From assembly GCA_964188305.1 (NCBI GenBank), contig OZ076888.1: a stretch of 64,000 nt of DNA. One strand, 5' to 3'. Origin of the DNA: Podarcis bocagei (lineage: Eukaryota). Numbering within the stretch: position 1 is the stretch's first letter; each line of letters starts with the position of its first letter. Positions 11,698 through 23,363 of this stretch are shown here, one piece after another. The notes beneath the pieces are model-generated. The model ran no database searches. It saw only the letters and a program-made list of their open reading frames with translations, and was not told where the DNA came from. Position numbers and translations under genes: made by a program.

Positions 11698-14626
11698 CTT
11701 GCATCCTGTACAATAATGACGTTAACACTCCATCTGAACAAATTAAATTAAAGTTTTGGAAATGATGAAAGCCAGCAGTGCTTTATCAGTGCTCACATAC
11801 CGCTGTTGTTCTTGCTGCTGCTGCAAACCAGGAGGTAGAGGGGGAATGTTAGTGCAGTGCAGCCCCTCTACCTCCTCTTAAGCAGTAATAATAATAGTAA
11901 TAATAATTTTATTACATTGCATTTTGGAGCTCATTGAAACAACTGCCAAGAAGCTGTTTGGGAGTGTACAAAGCGCTGATGTTAACTTGGGTTCACCTGC
12001 TGTGCGCTTGCTTCTGCACTTTTAAAAAACTTGTTCAATTCTTCAAAATAGTAGGTAGGCACTTATAATAGAAAATAGAGCGAGAAATATTCACAGCAGA
12101 ATCCCTTAGTGTATCAAACTTCAGTTCTGTTGTCTGTTTTTAATTCATTTTGTTGGAGAAGGTATATGTTTTCAAATCTGTCCTGAGCTTTTATAATGGG
12201 GCAGGCTAAAAATCCATATAAATCCTAATACCAGTAAAATGAGGATTTGCCATTTTCAGTTAGCATAGAAAAGCTAACTCAAGTCAGCTGAACAGGAACA
12301 CTGGCAGAGTAACACTATTAGGACCCTTCTATAAAGATAGGTTTGTTCTTGTCTCAACCTATATACCATCTCCGTTGTGTTACGTTCATTATTCCAAAAG
12401 TCTTTTGTATTCCATTTTTGACTAACATAGCTTAAGCCTATGTTTTAAAGGAAGACATATAGGACTACATAATGCAAGGTGGGACTTAAATAAAGAAATA
12501 CATAGCCACTGCCCTCAACTGTGTTTGCATAACTTTAGTGTCACATTTTGGTTTTCCTGCACCAGAGTATGAACTTTTTGACACAGATTCAAATTGTCAA
12601 CATCCTTGTCCATGAGGCTTACTACAAGCCAGCCTGCAAAATTTAATTAGGTTAATCTACATTTGTTTGATGACAAATATACCGAATTGACTCTTAACTG
12701 ACTCTTAACTACACACGACTTTGTACAATCTTATTACCTCACAAGTATCTAAATAGGGAGTTTACTAAAGATACTTTCTGGGCAGATTAATGAATTTGCC
12801 TAGAAAGTATCTTAAGGAATACCTTTTGAAAACAAATCTTGTGTTTTAAAATATATCAAGTAGCTGTTATTTTACTTACAGCGTCTGCAGAGTGTTAAAA
12901 TGCTCTTCCTTATCTGCCCAACGGTCCCTCCTCTTTCCAGTACCATACGCAAGCATGAAGGCCGTTTTCTGGCAGCAGATAAATTTCCATATCGCTTTCC
13001 CTGTCAGATTCCTGGGCTATGAGATAAAGTGGTTTCAAACAACACAAAAAGGAGAAGGTTAATGTAAAGTTCTTGATTGCACTTATGGGTAAGAAAAACT
13101 TGGCTATGGCTTTTAAAAGAAATTATGCAGGAGTGAGTTCTGGTGGGAGTTGAAATGTTGCTGTTTTTCTCCTCTCTCCCCCAACATGGATGGTGTTTTC
13201 CAGTTCAGTTCTAGGGGCCTCATTTAAGGTAAGCATCACAATCTGTTCTCTCCCTTGCACGTTCAGCTGTAGGGTGATTCAGGTTTAAGAGAATTGCATG
13301 TTTAGTTTCTGAGACATGTTGTTTTCTGAACCTTTTCATGAAATCTTTCTTTAGTTTTGCAAGTGACTGGGGTGGGGGTGGGAGTTATATTTTGCTGTCA
13401 TAGAAGATTCTCAAATTAGGTTTGAAATAAACCAGAATAAAGGGTTGTAAGAAAATATTCACCCTAATGTTGCAACACTTAATTCTAAGCTCTTGCCTCC
13501 TGCTTTGCTATCTTAGAAGTAACCAACTCAGACAGAGTTAAAACAATAGGTTCTCTCTTGTTTTTATAAACTTGTTGGAACGTTGAAATGAAAAGTAACT
13601 GTTGGGAAACAAACTTTTATCTCACAAGCCTTCACTTTTTAACCAGCAGAGTTGTAAATCGTCAATGGGTATCATTTTTGTCCTTTGCAACATTTTGATA
13701 TACTTTTATTGCAAACATATCTATTGCAAACATATTCCAAAAAGAGACTGTATAAATACATTCTCAAGCAATTTTATCAACCTCATTGTGCAGTTTTAAT
13801 AACATGAGGATTTGAAATATGCATGTGGCAAAAACTGGCTTTAAAAAAATGATATGTTATTAAGAACTTTATTATTTGTGCTAGTGAAGTATATTGGCAT
13901 GCCAGCTGAAACTGATGTCATTTTTGTAAGCTTTATTCTTTGGATTTAGTCACCACTGGATGCCTCACAGTTGCTGAGGTTTTTCCTCTGAAAAGTTGCA
14001 TTTTTTTTCATCCCATTTCCTTTCTGTTCTGGTTTTATGCTGTCTATATCAGAGTTTGGAAATAAATTAAGCTGAATTGATAGTGAAACCTTGGGTGCAC
14101 CACTAAGTTTTATATATGGAATTATTTTTATTGCTTTTGCACATGTAATTGTTTAATTTTTTTTGTGAAATCTCTGAGATATTTTATTGAAACTGATTCA
14201 TAAATTGAATCAAATAAATAAACAATCATTTTGGGACACAGTGCTTCTGATCCCGTATAGGTCAGTTTATTTGCCTTTACAAACATATTTTGACTTGCTG
14301 GTCAGGCAAGACCTGTCCACCTATTTATTATTTCCTTTTTTCCAAAATTGTGTACCCTTACTTGTTACCATTTTTAAAAGAGCAAACATTCCATCTGCAT
14401 TTGCAGCTTATGTGTAGGCATGTGCACATTTCTTGTAATACCCTTGTGGTCACTGAAAAAAGGGTCAAATGGTTAGATGAACTAGTTACATGTTGTAAAA
14501 GAATGACATTATGTATTTTGAGTGTTTTTATGGCAATAAACTTAGGCTTAACTAAAGATCTCAGTGATTCCAGGTTAGTGTAATGAGTGTGTGACTGTTT
14601 AGGAATAATAGCCCTGTACTACTTTT

Positions 14627-14980
14627 GACGCGGGTGGCGCTGTGGGTTAAACCACAGAGCCTAGAACTTGCCGATCAGAAGGTTGGCAGTTCGAATCCCT
14701 GCGACGGGGTGAGCTCCCGTTGCTCGGTTCCTGCTCCTGCCAACCTAGCAGTTCGAAAGCATGTCAAAGTGCAAGTAGATAAATAGGTACCGCTCCGGCA
14801 GGAAAGTAAATGGCATTTCTGTGAGCTGCTCTGGTTCGCCAGAAGCGGCTTAGTCGTGCTGGCCACATGACCCGGAAGCTGTACGCCAGCTCCCTCGGCC
14901 AATAAAGCGAGATGAGCACCGCAGCCCCAGAGTCGGCCACAACTGGACCTAATGGTCAGGGGTCCCTTTACCTTTATCTT
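14627..14980 (+). mobile_element. Sauria SINE, full length
   Basis: tRNA-derived head (box A tggcgctgtggg, box B gttcgaatcc), core gtgcaagtagataaataggtacc, (ACCTTT)n tail, TSD tactttt. Confidence 0.92.
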
Positions 14981-15660
14981 TACTTTTGAATAGCTCAGCT
15001 ATGCTCATGTTTGTCTTCAGTATGATCCCAATCTCTTACTCATGGCCTCCCATTCTAGAATAACTCATAATGACTCCAGAGCTACTGTTTTATCCTGACA
15101 CTCTTAACCATATCAACATATCTTATTTCTTTTCCTATAGCTCATCCTTCCCACCTCTCTACTCTCTAAAGCTTGTGTAAAGTGTGTCTTGTCAAGCTTA
15201 GTAAACTCTTAGTAAGCCGATAGAAAATTTGTGTGTTAGGATTCTTGGATCAGTGGACTATTATTGCAGGCTATTACTTAAACCTATGACATTTATGCTA
15301 TGGAGTCCTATAGAGCTCAGTGTTATACCCCATGTTGTTCAACATCTTTACTGTATGTTGATGCTGGGAGCTGTCACTTAGTGATTTAGTCTGCAGGGAT
15401 ATTAGAACCAACATCAACTGTGATTTCAGCACAGGGTCTCTCTCTCTTTACAGCAATAATGGGAAGGAGCAAAGTGGCTTTGAGCTTCATATTATAACAT
15501 TATGGATTTAAACCAGTTTGCATATACATACAAAAACAAAACTATGTAGACAAAATATGAAACAACTTGTCTGTTCCATTAGCTCAGATACATGAAACAC
15601 AAATTATATAATGTGCACTAAGTAAAGTGGAAGATATACTGAGTAGGAACCAGCTGCATT

Positions 15661-15880
15661 TGTTGTTGTTTAGTCGTTTAGTCATGTCCGACTCTTTGTG
15701 ACCCCATGGACCAGAGAACGCCAGGCACTTCTGTCTTCCACTGCCTCCCGCAGTTTGGTCAAACTCATGCTGGTAGCTTCGAGAACACCATCCAACCATC
15801 TCGTCCTCTGTCATCCTCTTCTCCTTGTGCCCTCCATCTTTCCCAACATCAGGGTCTTTTCCAGGGAGTCTTCTCTTCTC
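15661..15880 (-). mobile_element. Bov-B (RTE) LINE 3' end
   Basis: Reverse complement ends catggggtcacaaagagtcggacatgactaaacgactaaacaacaaca; near-identical to the copy at 63357. Confidence 0.92.
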
Positions 15881-16379
15881 TGCATACCCTGCATACCCTG
15901 CTACAATTCAACAAGAGACTACACACCAATATCTCCAACGGCCCATATCAAACTAATAGCATGGCTCTCCAGTGTGGAATAAATTGAAGCTAGAAGACTC
16001 AACTCACACCACTGAATTAATTTCACTGCCTTAATTTGCTAATCATGTCAAGACCATTTGTCCTCTCTCTCCCCATCCTCTTGGGGGAGTATGTTAATGG
16101 ATAACTGCCAGACCTTCATTGTTTTGTCAACATGAATCCATACCTAAGGAGGTTCACTACTGCTTGCATGTACAGAGAAAACTTGTGTATATTTAGGTTC
16201 CCAGAGTCCAGTGTGAATTAGCAGGCTGAAGATAGGAATTTCTTAAGGAAAAAAGATAACAGTCTAGGAAATTGATCTGAGTAAGCCTTCTGCTGCTGAG
16301 TCAGCAGCAGTTAGTGTTAAGAAATGGATCAGCTATAAAATGTGCATCTCTCATATCTTCCTTAAAAGTCAGAAAGCAT

Positions 16380-16745
16380 TTGCAGCCGTTTCTGTTTTAA
16401 AGACCACCTGTTCCCACATGAAAATGCCCAGAAGTTGAGGTCTTCATCTGAGACCTTTAGAATTAAGATGGGTAGTGACCAGATCCTTTTCAGTTGTGCC
16501 ACCCTGTCTTTGCAATACATTTCCCACGGAGGTTCATCTGGCACCGATCTAAAGTCTTTTTTGGCAACAGGTGGATATCTTTTTCCCCCACAGGCTTTTT
16601 GATCTTAATGTTTTAGCTTGGTTTTTTAAACTGAGTTTGATACTGGTTTTGGCTTTGTTTATTTACTGTGTTTCTATTTTGTATCTTTTCGATTGTTAGT
16701 CACCCTTGAGGCCTTTCAGGCTGAAGAGGATTCTGAGTAAATAAA
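16380..16745 (+). mobile_element. Old L2-type LINE 3' end
   Basis: Degenerate ttaaagaccacctgttccc...gttagtcacccttgag...taaataaata. Confidence 0.5.
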
Positions 16746-18379
16746 TATTAATAGCAGGGATTTGGAGGTGCAGGAGGGGAGGAATCTCAACCCTACAAAA
16801 AGTACTTAGAAGTTACAAGCTGTGCGCACATGCAGTGATAAGCCATGCTGCCTAATTGCTCCTCCTTTGCTCTCCCCCAGCACTAAGCAGGAAGCCTTGG
16901 CTTTCCATTTCATCCAAACCCAGGGGTCATGGTTTGTTGCTTCCCAACAAGCCAAAAATCAGCATGCCAACAAACCATTGATTAAGGCTGGCTAGTGATT
17001 GTGGCTTATTAGTTTAGTGGTAATGTCATCTGAGCGGGGGCATGTTAAATGCAAGTTCTTGTAAGATGCAATGCATGTGAGAAATTGTGGGCTGAACGGC
17101 TGCCTGCAGCTACTAGGGGGTGGTGCGCTATTTGGTAAAATGCACACACTTTGCTTTACCTGTTTTTCTGGATAATCTGCTTTTATGTCACAATGTAGGG
17201 ATACAGAATGTGGATAGCTCCTGTATTTAGTTATATTTTCAGCATACCACCAAGAACTAAAATTTACTTTGTGTTTTTCCTGACCAGATATGTTGCGCTG
17301 TTCGAAGTAGTTTCATGAAACCAGCTAGCACAAGTAATAGTGTGTGCCATTGATTCTGTTTGTTTGGCAAGCACCTCCCAAAATACATAATGCCTTGGAT
17401 GACTTTAACATGCCACAAAAGATAGAGCCCTAAGAATGTTTCACCTTTCTTTTGCCAGTAAAGCACAACTGCGTCCACTCTGGGTACTTAATCTGACTGA
17501 GCTGGCAGTTGTCCATTGTTATCAAGAGAGTGGGGGAAGGGAGGGGATAGAATAACTTGATCCTCTTAGTCGAGATATGCAACACACGCTGCAGACAGCC
17601 CGATCTGGATTTTATTTCTTCATCTCTATGTGATCCAGTATGCATTCCTAACATGTTACAAACAGTTTGTGTCTCTGAAAGCACAAGATCAGTTTTCAGT
17701 GGCAACAGCCCCTAAAGGAAACAGACTGATTCCTCCTTGAGCAAACATCTGGCCAATTGTGGATGGAATTAATTGCTGATCTCTGCTGCCTGTGTTTTTC
17801 TTCTCTTGTCATTTCCTTTGCAGCTGTGAAAGGCAAGTTTTTAGACCTGAAAGCAGCATGGACATTTCCAGCAGTAGTAGTCTAAAGTTACAAATATTCT
17901 AGATACATTTGGATTTAAATACCTCCTGCAAACATACTAATTTTGAAATCTCAATATGAGATAGGCAATTATTTTGGAAAAAATTAAGACTCCGTCTATG
18001 TTTGCAACACTTTGAAAATCAAGAACCTCTAGTGTATGAAGCTTGTTCCCCTGCAATTAAGGAAAATAATCACCTACAAAGCTGACTGTTGTTTTTATTG
18101 CTTTTAACCATTGGTAACATTGAGATAAATTCCAAAAGGTTGGTTTAGACAGAAAAGCACATATTTTTATAATGATCAGAATTGCTGTTTTGTCAGAATC
18201 TTTTCAAATCTTGCTCTTTCGTTATATCACAAATCATCAACTGCATTCAAGAACAATTTCTAACATTTGAAAGGTGTGACAGTTAACCTACTGGTTTACT
18301 GTTAATCTCCAGAGGCAAACTGCAGTGTTAACAGTACTTTGTCTCCACCCACATATTTCTTAGTTTATTGGAAGAAATA

Positions 18380-18703
18380 CAGTGGTGCCCCGCAAGACGA
18401 ATGCCTCGCAAGACGGAAAACTCGCTAGACGAAAGAGTTTTCCGTTTTGGAGGTGCTTCGCAAAACGAATTTCCTATGGGCTTGCTTCGCAAGACGACAA
18501 TGTCTTGCGAGTTCCTGCTGGTTTTTTCCCTCCCCCCCCTTTTCCTAAGCCGCTAAGCCACTTATCAGCCGATCCGATCAGCAGATAAGCCGCTAATAGC
18601 GCTAATCCGCTAATCCTTCAATGGGCTTGCTTCGCAAGACGAAAAAACCGCTAGACGAAGAGAATCACAGAACGGATTCTTTTCGTCTTGCGAGGCACCA
18701 CTG
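18380..18703. mobile_element. Tc1/mariner (pogo/Tigger-like) MITE
   Basis: TIRs CAGTGGTGCCCCGCAAGACGAA / TTCGTCTTGCGAGGCACCACTG, TA TSD on both sides, internal CGC(A/T)AGACG repeats. Confidence 0.9.
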
Positions 18704-19286
18704 TACCTTGGTTACAGTGGTGGAAATTAAAGAGGCAACTTTGTAGCAGACTCCACACACTTGAAGAGTGGCCTCAGTGCTACTCACCCAAGACTCAGCC
18801 TGCTGGTTTCCTATTTCATTGGCTATTTGTTTATGGCAAGGTACCTGTAGCTTCCTGCCTGTGTCTAAATCATGTGGCTTTATATCACTGTTGAAGTCAT
18901 CTAGTACCTGGAATGTAGCAAGAGTGCCTGCAAGTATGGACTGATGGTCTGATTCTGCACTCTGGGTTGCCTGTTGCCAATCCCTGCCAAGCTCTGCAAT
19001 CACATGGCTGTCAGCAGACAAATTTAGAAGCAAATGCTAAGTGTTTTGAGGAAAGTTTCATTCAGTCCATTCTTAGCCACTGTATCAACCAAACATCACT
19101 GTCCACCAAGAAGCTACAAGCAAAAAACATTAAAACTCTTGAAGACTTGATAGTGCTTCACACCACCTAGAGGAGCTTGCTGTGCTGTCACTCCCTATCC
19201 CTATTTATCCTCACCATCTTTGTTCTCCCCAGCCTATATACTTCAGTGGAAAAGTACAGAAAAAAGGTAGAAAGCAAGAATTATGA

Positions 19287-19635
19287 CAGACTCATGTTTG
19301 TAGCTTCGAGAACACTGTCCAACCATCTCGTCCTCTGTCGTCCCATTCTCCTTGTGCCCTCAATCTTTCCCAACATCAGGGTCTTTTCCAGGGAGTCTTC
19401 TCTTCTCATGAGGTGGCCAAAGTATTGGAGCCTCAGCTTCAGGATCTGTCCTTCCAGTGAGCACTCAGGTCTGATTTCCTTAAGAATGGATAGGTTTGAT
19501 CTTCTTGTAGTCCATGGGACTCTCAAGAGTCTCCTCCAGCACCATAATTCAAAAGCATCTATTCTTCAGCGATCAGCCTTCTTTATGGTCCAGCTCTCAC
19601 TTCCATACATCACTACTGTGGAAACCATATTGACT
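19287..19635 (-). mobile_element. Bov-B (RTE) LINE fragment
   Basis: Minus-strand ORF RVPWTTRRSNLSILKEIRPECSLEGQILKLRLQYFGHLMRREDSLEKTLMLGKIEG...RQRTRWLD is the Bov-B ORF C-terminus. Confidence 0.92.
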
Positions 19636-20449
19636 CTAGAGGATGCTGTCTCTGTGTAACAAGTCTAAGATAATCCACAACTCCATTTCAGTCCCACACT
19701 ACTTTACCGCCCTGCCAAAGCATCGTGACCACCAGCATTTGACATTCTGAATATGAGTCCAGGGATGAGCATCTCAAATGATGCTCTACATTTTTGTGTG
19801 TCTATTTTTCTTTCTCAAACTAAGATTAACTGAAGCAGAAGTTTGAAACTCCTCGTGTTCTTTCATTCATTACACAATTACGTGCACGTATTTGTGTGTC
19901 CTGCCTCAGCTATCTCATATTAAGTGGTTTTTGGCAGACAATGAGAGTTATGGAAACAATTAAAATTCCTATGAAACATTGTCTCACTTGTTTATTTGGA
20001 AGAGTGGGTGGTGGTTGGGAAATAAACGGCAGAGCCTTGCTTTAAAACAAAAGTAATTTGCTTTGGAAAGGACTTTTTCAAGGAAAAAATGTCAGTGTCT
20101 TGTATAAGTTTTCAGCTTTCTGTCAAACTGAGCATTGACAATACTAGGTCAAACACATTCAAAATATTCTGACAAGCAGTGATACAATACTGATATGTAA
20201 TTGGATTATGGTTTAGTGTAGAAATGAAGTTTAAATGCTCATTAATTTCCTACGGATAAAAATACAGAATAAAGCAATGGTTTGATCTAATCATGTTTGG
20301 AGCGTGCAGTGTTTATTCAGAAGAATCCCCACAAGCAGGAGACCTCCGTTCCCCCCCCCCCCCGGTATGCATGGGTACCATAGAAATAGGAAATTGTGGT
20401 GCATGGAAATGGGAGGCAGGAGGGCAGGTGTCTTATTTTTGCCCTAAAG

Positions 20450-20587
20450 CAGGGGTGAGGAACCTGTGGCTCTCCATGTATTATTGAACTCCAACTCCCA
20501 TCAGCACCAGCCAACATAGCCAGTGGTCAGTGATAATAGGAATTGTAGTCCATCAGCACTTGGAAGGCCAGAGACTTCCCACCCCTA
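20450..20587. mobile_element. hAT (Buster/Charlie-like) palindromic MITE
   Basis: CAGGGGTGAGGAA / TTCCCACCCCTA ends, 8-bp TSD ccctaaag/ccctatag. Confidence 0.75.
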
Positions 20588-21385
20588 CCCTATAGGGATC
20601 TAATACAGGTGCTACACCCATCATAGGACTGGATTAAGCTTTAAGTGTACATATCAAATATCCACTTTAGTTAATATAAGCACTCTTGTTTTTCTTTTGG
20701 TTTTACTGGTTTGATAAAAAGGGTTCTGCTGCAGTTCATTCAGCAACAGTTGATGGACTACTGCCTGGATAACTTTTTGTTTCTTATTACTATTAGCTAT
20801 ATAATAGAACCTGCCAATAACTGATATGATGATGGAAGTATTTGCTCTGATTAAGGCAACATATTCTGGGACTGATATGATAATTTGGACAAAAATACAT
20901 ATGACCTTACTCAATTTTGGCAAGTTTTGAGGATTTTGGAGTTACCTTTTTAAGTATTAACAAATTTGTTTTCAATTTATAAAAATACTTTTACAAATAG
21001 TAATTAACAACAAACCATACTGGCTGATACTATCTCATGTATCTCACTCCCCTTACACATCCTAATGAATGTTCTTGTCAAATCTAATCTGATTAAAATA
21101 AATAACATATATCATTGTATGAGATTTAAAATAATAAATAAATAATTGACAAAGTTAAATTTCATGGGTAAGGATGTGAAATCAGCAGGTATGATACTGC
21201 TATCTTTGCTAATGATCAAGAAATGTACGCAAGATTCTTTTTAAAAAATACCTTTAATTTATGCACTTTTCCCTAAACTATTTTCTCATGCATTGGCAAG
21301 TCTTCAGCCAAAGTTGTAATGATAAGATAACACTGGGACATATATAAGCCAACACTATAGCCCTGTTCTTACTTTCTGTGTAGGC

Positions 21386-21496
21386 CAGGGGTGCCCAAAC
21401 TATTTTCAAAGAGGGACAGATTTGATGAAGTGAACATGCGTAAGGGCCAACCAAAGTTGGTGAGCTTTTTTTAGGCCCCCAAAACGGACGTGCCTG
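21386..21496. mobile_element. hAT MITE (111 bp)
   Basis: CAGGGGTGCCCAAAC...GGACGTGCCTG ends, perfect 8-bp TSD gtgtaggc. Confidence 0.8.
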
Positions 21497-21854
21497 GTGT
21501 AGGCAATCACTTGCCCCACACTCAGTTTGCATATTGCTCACCTCAAGATACGAAATGGACTTCTATGTCAGGAAATTTTAGAGTTAAACTAGAAATTGGA
21601 TTCGGAATAAAGCGATAAAACATTCATACAGTCTGAGTTAGATGAGTCTCCAATGATTTTGGCAGCTATAAATTAACAGGTGCAGCTGTGAGGAGACTGA
21701 TGGCTAGAATGATTGGAGGGAGGCATGGTCACCTTCACTTAAGTGAAATATTTGGTGACAAATGAGAATGCAAGGAAAAGATATCATTCCATTTGCCTCT
21801 ACACACCATGAGGAATGTGGTCTTCACTTTTTCACCTGGCTATACTATTCCTGT

Positions 21855-22188
21855 GGGACGTGGGTGGCGCTGTGGTCTAAACCACAGAGCCTAGGGCTTG
21901 CTGATCAGAAGGTCAGCGGTTCAAATCCCCATGATGAGGTGAGCTCCCGTTGTTTGGTCCCTGCTCCTGCCCTTCAAAGTGCAAGTAGATAAATAGGTAC
22001 CACTCCAGCGGGAAGGTAAACGGCGTTTCCGTGCACTGCTTGGGTTCGCCAGAAGTGACTTAGTCATTCTGGCCACATGACCTGGAAGCTGTCTGTGGAC
22101 AAACGCCAGCTCCCTCAGCCTATAGAGCAAAATGAGCACAACAACCCCAGAGTCGTCCGCAACTAACGGCCAGTGGTACCTTTACCTT
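21855..22188 (+). mobile_element. Sauria SINE (small internal deletion)
   Basis: Same head, core and tail as the 14627 copy; 14-bp TSD tatactatt(c/t)ctgt. Confidence 0.92.
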
Positions 22189-23007
22189 TATACTATTTCT
22201 GTAGTGAAGTAATCAAACATTTTCTGCCTCATTTCGTAGCACACTTCATTGTGGGAGACAAGGTTGTGCATGTAAAGACAACTTTAGAAAGGGGAAATCC
22301 AGTGAAGTTGGAAGGGAAGGGAAAAGAACTAGGAACTTCATTCCTCCCCTTATGTAATCTAAGAATTCCATGAGGAAAGGGGAAATTATAAAGTCCTGTC
22401 CCATCTCTTTTGCTACATTCCTGATAGAAATTGAGCAGTCTGTTTCCACTTCGTATAAGTGAGAGAGTAATGGTATTTACAAAGTAGGTTAGAGAGTGAA
22501 GCAAAACACGTATGAGTGAATATGAATAATGAAGCTAAGTATTTTGTATGTGATAAAAATGAATGTAAGTTCCACCCATCCCTGGATTTCCACCATATGG
22601 CTTTTTTCAAGTGTTGAAATTTTGAATACTGTACAGAGTATTCAAGGCAGGAGAGCACAAAATGAATAATCACTCTTGTCTAGACCACCCCATTTTTTGC
22701 TATTGGGAGGGGGGCTATCATAAAGAATCAGCCAATACTAAACCCTTTTAAGGTTTTGAACTTCAGATATTTGAAAGAGAAAAGGCACATCGCATATAGG
22801 TGTTCAGCAAGAGCCAGTTACTGCTTACCCGAGGTGAGTGAACAAGTGGCAAATTATAAGGATATCAAGGTTTGGCATCTCAGAACAACCTGTTGATACC
22901 ATTAGACAGTTTCATCTCTTCTATGTGTCATTCTGTGAGTCCAGGGCAGCTACAAATGCCCAGATTTGTTTTCATTCACTATTTGAAGCAAGGCAATAGT
23001 GAGAATA

Positions 23008-23363
23008 GGTAAAGGTAAAGGGGACCCCTGACCATTAGGTCCAGTCGTGACTGACTCTGGGGGTTGCGTCGCTCATCTCGCTTTATTGGCCAAGGGAGCC
23101 GGCATACAGCTTCCGGGTCATGTGGCCAGCATGACTAAGCCGCTTCTGGCAAACCAGAGCAGCACACGGAAACGCCATTTACCTTCCCGCCAGAGCGGTA
23201 CCTATTTATCTACTTGCACTTTGATGTGCTTTTGAACTGCTAGGTTGGCAGGAGCAGGGACCGAGCAACGGGAGCTCACCCCGTCACGGGGATTTGAACC
23301 GCCGACCTTCTGATCGGCAAGTCCTAGGCTCTGTGGTTTAACCCATAGCACCACCCGCATCCC
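23008..23363 (-). mobile_element. Sauria SINE, full length, antisense
   Basis: Reverse complement of the 14627 copy; 13-bp TSD aatagtgagaata (22995-23007 and 23367-23379). Confidence 0.93.

Noticed and set aside
16830-17040. AAACCA/TGGTTT-rich imperfect foldbacks (also ~31960-32130 and ~52500-52740)
   Set aside because: Probably old Harbinger-type MITE remnants, but too degenerate to set boundaries or assign a family.
17790-17840. Strong acceptor followed by a possible 9-nt microexon with a GC donor; also an acceptor-like site near 35654
   Set aside because: Such pseudo-splice sites are common in a 40-kb intron and there is no convincing canonical donor; unsupported without RNA data.
18380-18703. 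Short repeated motif array resembling CRISPR
   Set aside because: Eukaryotic intron; irregular ~10-bp motifs in both orientations between TIRs; no spacers or cas genes.
19177-19659. 160-aa plus-strand ORF, with similar ORFs at 15698 and 63359
   Set aside because: Antisense reading of Bov-B LINE fragments; the shared peptides reflect repeat copies, not a gene family.
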